In this document: positions 46,251-48,222 of the stretch, piece by piece
Position numbering within the stretch: the stretch's first letter is position 1
Layout of the letters: every line of letters starts with the position of its first letter
NCBI RefSeq assembly: GCF_001194135.2
Contig: NC_068986.1
Coordinates: 70,283,948-70,332,169 of the forward strand
Origin: Octopus bimaculoides
Taxonomy: Eukaryota
Length of the DNA: 48,222 bases
Direction of reading: 5' to 3'
The notes under the pieces: model-generated
What the model was told of the DNA's origin: nothing
The model's input: the letters and a program-made list of their open reading frames with translations, nothing else
Database searches by the model: none
Position numbers and translations under genes: made by a program

Positions 46251-47221
46251 TCACTGTATTAATTTGTTCATCATTTATTCGCCTATTTGTTTTTCAATTT
46301 ATACATCAAATGTCTAAAAATATCAACTACAATTCAAAATGCTTTGGAGATAACTCGAGGAAAATGAAATAGAGTTATCTACCTTGAAATATAAGTTTTA
46401 CAGAATAATTGACCTAAGCGTGACCGTTCGATTTAATTTCCTGAAAAATGAAATTTCTTACAAATACATTTCACACGGTTTAGATTACAATTATATTCGA
46501 TTGTTCTTGTGAAAATTTTTTTTAGCGTTGGGGTAAGGGGAGTTTCGGATAATTCGCACGCTTTGACTTTTCCTTCACAACTTTCAGAAAAATGAGTATT
46601 CTTCAATGAAATTTTCAACCGATATTTGCAGATGCTGTAGATTACGATTATACCGAAATTAAATGTGAAAAAAAAATGGGGGTGGATACTTCACGCATTT
46701 AGACATTGTTTTAAACCCAGCCAAAGTTTTACACATTTTATTACATACTCCAACTGTGAGGCACACCCTTCCACATTTTACATATGTTCTGTNNNNNNNN
46801 NNNNNNNNNNNNNNNNNNNNNNNNNNNNNNNNNNNNNNNNNNNNNNNNNNNNNNNNNNNNNNNNNNNNNNNNNNNNNNNNNNNNNNNNNNNNNNNNNNNN
46901 NNNNNNNNNNNNNNNNNNNNNNNNNNNNNNNNNNNNNNNNNNNNNNNNNNNNNNNNNNNNNNNNNNNNNNNNNNNNNNNNNNNNNNNNNNNNNNNNNNNN
47001 NNNNNNNNNNNNNNNNNNNNNNNNNNNNNNNNNNNNNNNNNNNNNNNNNNNNNNNNNNNNNNNNNNNNNNNNNNNNNNNNNNNNNNNNNNNNNNNNNNNN
47101 NNNNNNNNNNNNNNNNNNNNNNNNNNNNNNNNNNNNNNNNNNNNNNNNNNNNNNNNNNNNNNNNNNNNNNNNNNNNNNNNNNNNNNNNNNNNNNNNNNNN
47201 NNNNNNNNNNNNNNNNNNNNN

Positions 47222-48146
47222 GATGAAGATCAAACAGGACGTCCAGTTGAGTTTGATGATAAGCTCCTTGAGGGACTACTTGAAGAAAATCTTGCATTAT
47301 CAGTTGAAGAATTGGCAATAAAGCTTAGTTCAAACCATACAACTGTTCATCGTCATCTTCAACAACTTGGAAAGATTCCTAAACTTGGAAAATGGGTGCC
47401 TCATGAATTGTCCGAAAGCAACCGCAAATCTCGAGTTGACATCTGCTCATCTCTCCATTCTCGCGAACTCATTTCACCCTTTTTGGATAGACTTGTGACT
47501 GGTGACGAAAAATGGATCTTCTATCGAAATGTTAAACGTCGTAAACAGTAGCTTGGTAAAAAGGTAAAAGTTCAACCACAACCGAGAAGGGAACTTCAAG
47601 GAAAAAGATATCTTCTCTCTATCTGGTGGGATTGCAAAGGAGTAATTCACTTTGAATTGTTACCATCTAATGCAACAATCAATGCTCAAGTCTACTGTCA
47701 GCAATTAAAGCGTTTGAACAAAGCTTTGAAGAAAATAGACCCACTTTAGTGAATCGAAAAGGAGTGATGTTTCATCAGGACAATGCGCGACCTCACACTG
47801 CAAACATCACATCACAGAAGATCGAAGAGCCTGGTTGGGAAAAGATTCCTCATCCACCCTATTCTCCCGACCTTGCTTCTTCAGATTACCATTCGTTTCG
47901 TAGTTTACAGAATCATTTGGGGGACATAACTTTCGCAAGCCAGGAGGAGGTCGAAACTGACATTTCAGAGTTCTTCACTTTGAAACCAAAAAAACATTGA
48001 TGGGATTAAAAAGCTTGTAAATAGATGGAAGGAAGTCATAGATAATGAGGAAAAGTACATTGATGATTAAATTTCAATTAAATATAACATTTGATCACTT
48101 GTTTTCTTTATTCAAAATTCGGACAGAACTTATGGGATGACCTGAT
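47222..48146 (+). mobile_element. Mariner (5' end lost in gap) with all three DD34D residues retained but stops and frameshifts
   Basis: WVPHEL, VTGDEKW, HQDNARPH, YSPDLASSDYH. Right TIR ...CTTATGGGATGACCTGAT is related to the 21204 family TIR. Confidence 0.92.
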
Positions 48147-48222
48147 TTTTAAGACCGTGCTGCCTTCTCCGCTTCTGATATCTTTCCATTCATTTGTACC
48201 AGGTTCACTACTGGTCTTGGCT

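Overview
AT-rich eukaryotic non-genic (intronic or intergenic) DNA, dense in microsatellites and with nine N-gaps. The repeat repertoire strongly suggests an octopus/coleoid cephalopod genome; this is inferred from repeat families, not proven. No host protein-coding exon, tRNA or rRNA gene could be supported, and most ORFs in the track are microsatellite or gap artefacts. The window is a layered transposon graveyard: four mariner copies plus a mariner-derived stub; four decayed Penelope-like elements (PLEs), one nearly full length and interrupted by a mariner and a SINE; Dong/R4-like, L1/Tx1-like, CR1-like, RTE and L2/Crack-like LINE remnants; about 20 tRNA-derived SINE copies in four families; and several fold-back elements. 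The most interesting signal is a concentration of self-cleaving-ribozyme-like motifs in short non-autonomous repeats. These include a type I hammerhead with an intact core and a 97-nt stem II (12925-13046, minus), a tRNA-headed SINE with a hammerhead tail and an inverted terminal copy (943-1311), further minimal or variant hammerheads, and a twister-like and an HDV-like fold in RTE-type 5' UTR sequence. All folds were derived by eye and need covariance-model and cleavage tests.
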